64,000 nt of DNA from Massalongia carnosa (taxonomy: Eukaryota). The notes under the pieces are model-generated. The model saw nothing but the letters and a program-made list of their open reading frames with translations. It searched no databases and was not told the origin of the DNA. The stretch's first letter is position 1; each line of letters begins with the position of its first letter. Location of the stretch: positions 310,001-374,000 of the forward strand of contig OZ287085.1 in assembly GCA_965645245.1 (NCBI GenBank), written 5' to 3'. The position numbers were made by a program, and so were the translations under genes. Of the stretch, positions 62,787-64,000 are shown one piece after another.

Positions 62787-64000
62787 TTTCTCCTCTGGTG
62801 AAGGCGATTTGGTGATTTTATCTAGTAAGATGTTTGGATTGTACAGCCATATGCCTATCTTCTCAAACCCAGAGATTATGTTCTTTTCATTGAAGGCATT
62901 CTGCCAGGCAGGCCAAAAAACACCCCAGAAGACACTTTTTGATATGTTCACTGTGCCCAATGAGTTAAACATCATATCATTGAGGCCATTCGTATAATAC
63001 CGGGCCAGGGGGGCAAACAATGAAACATCTAGGGGTTGCAACTGGTGCGTAGTATGCGATGGTAGAATCATCAATAGAATTCGTAGTTCATCGCATTTAT
63101 TGATGAATTTCATATTGACGTGGTGGCTAGAATGACCATCCACCACCAGCAATCGCCTTCTATGCCCCATATGCTTCGTATATCGTTCAAAAGCACGCTC
63201 AAGCCAGTTCAGACCAAGCAGGTCACAACTCCATCCACTGGAGGAGACCGCGAAGAAAGCTTGCTGATCTACACTCCAATCTTCTAACCATGTATCCTGC
63301 AGTGTCTTTGAATCGCCTCTATAGATCAGCGCGGGTGGTAAAGCGGTACCGTTTGCGCATATGCAAGCCAGTAGACTGATGAGTTCACGACTTCTATCTT
63401 GACTCGCATGGGTTATGCGCCCCGATTCTAGAGCTTCAAGAGTCATTATTCGCTTTACGGCAGAGGCCATGCCAATTAAAAAGCCCTTTTCGTCCCAATT
63501 ATAGACGTTATCTGCTGTGATGTTATATTTTTCGATGCCCGCGTTAACTAGAAGAAATGTTGACTATTAGGCACAAATGCGACGCAATTAGGGGCAGTTA
63601 TATTGTCAAAACTACGGACCTGATCATAGAATTGCTTGAATATAGGTGCATACTCAGACTTTATGCGTCCATGTTGCGTAAATATAGACTTTTAAGTCTA
63701 TCTTGATTTCGCTTAGTGAATTCTCCCGCCCAGTTCCTACCCACTGACGACTTGATCATTTCTTCTGCCAAATTGCACACAATTGTAGGGTAGGAGGTAT
63801 TCCTCTGTCGGTTAATCGATTGATTTGTGAGATTAGAGCCTCTTCTTGGACCGTTGTGAGGCGTTGCTTATGTGTGGATGAAGCCTCCCGTCGGGAGACC
63901 GATTGGCCTTTCCATCGCCGCCGAAGAGTACTTTCGACTAGGCCAAATTTCTTAGCAGTTACAAGTATATTGGGTCGCTCTTGCGATTCTAAATTAGCAA

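Larger units (their letters stand above)
61220..64000 (-). mobile_element. Fot1/pogo transposon, copy B of the 19601 element; runs off the window end
   Basis: Near-identical to 19601-21668, with TA at 61218-19 and an insertion at 62071-62786. Confidence 0.93.

Overview
This is eukaryotic, ascomycete-type fungal DNA, judged by short GT-AG introns with CTRAC branch sites and the mix of fungal transposon families. The first ~12.6 kb hold four non-TE genes. Two of them form a tightly convergent pair, with stop codons 54 bp apart: a disrupted NLR-like CHAT (caspase-like) protease / STAND NTPase / helical-repeat gene, and a frameshifted fungal gasdermin-like gene. The other two are a small REX4/ISG20-like DEDD exonuclease and a 3-exon PD-(D/E)xK-like gene. 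From ~12.8 kb to the end the window is a nested transposon graveyard. It contains Tc1/mariner, Fot1/pogo, hAT, Harbinger-like and MULE DNA elements, a chromoviral Gypsy, a young-LTR but coding-dead Copia with a 22-copy 50-bp array, Tad1-type LINEs, solo LTRs, MITEs and a poly(A) SINE-like retroposon. The most interesting signal is the protease-gasdermin cell-death module. All family assignments come from motif recognition by eye, and no database searches were run.
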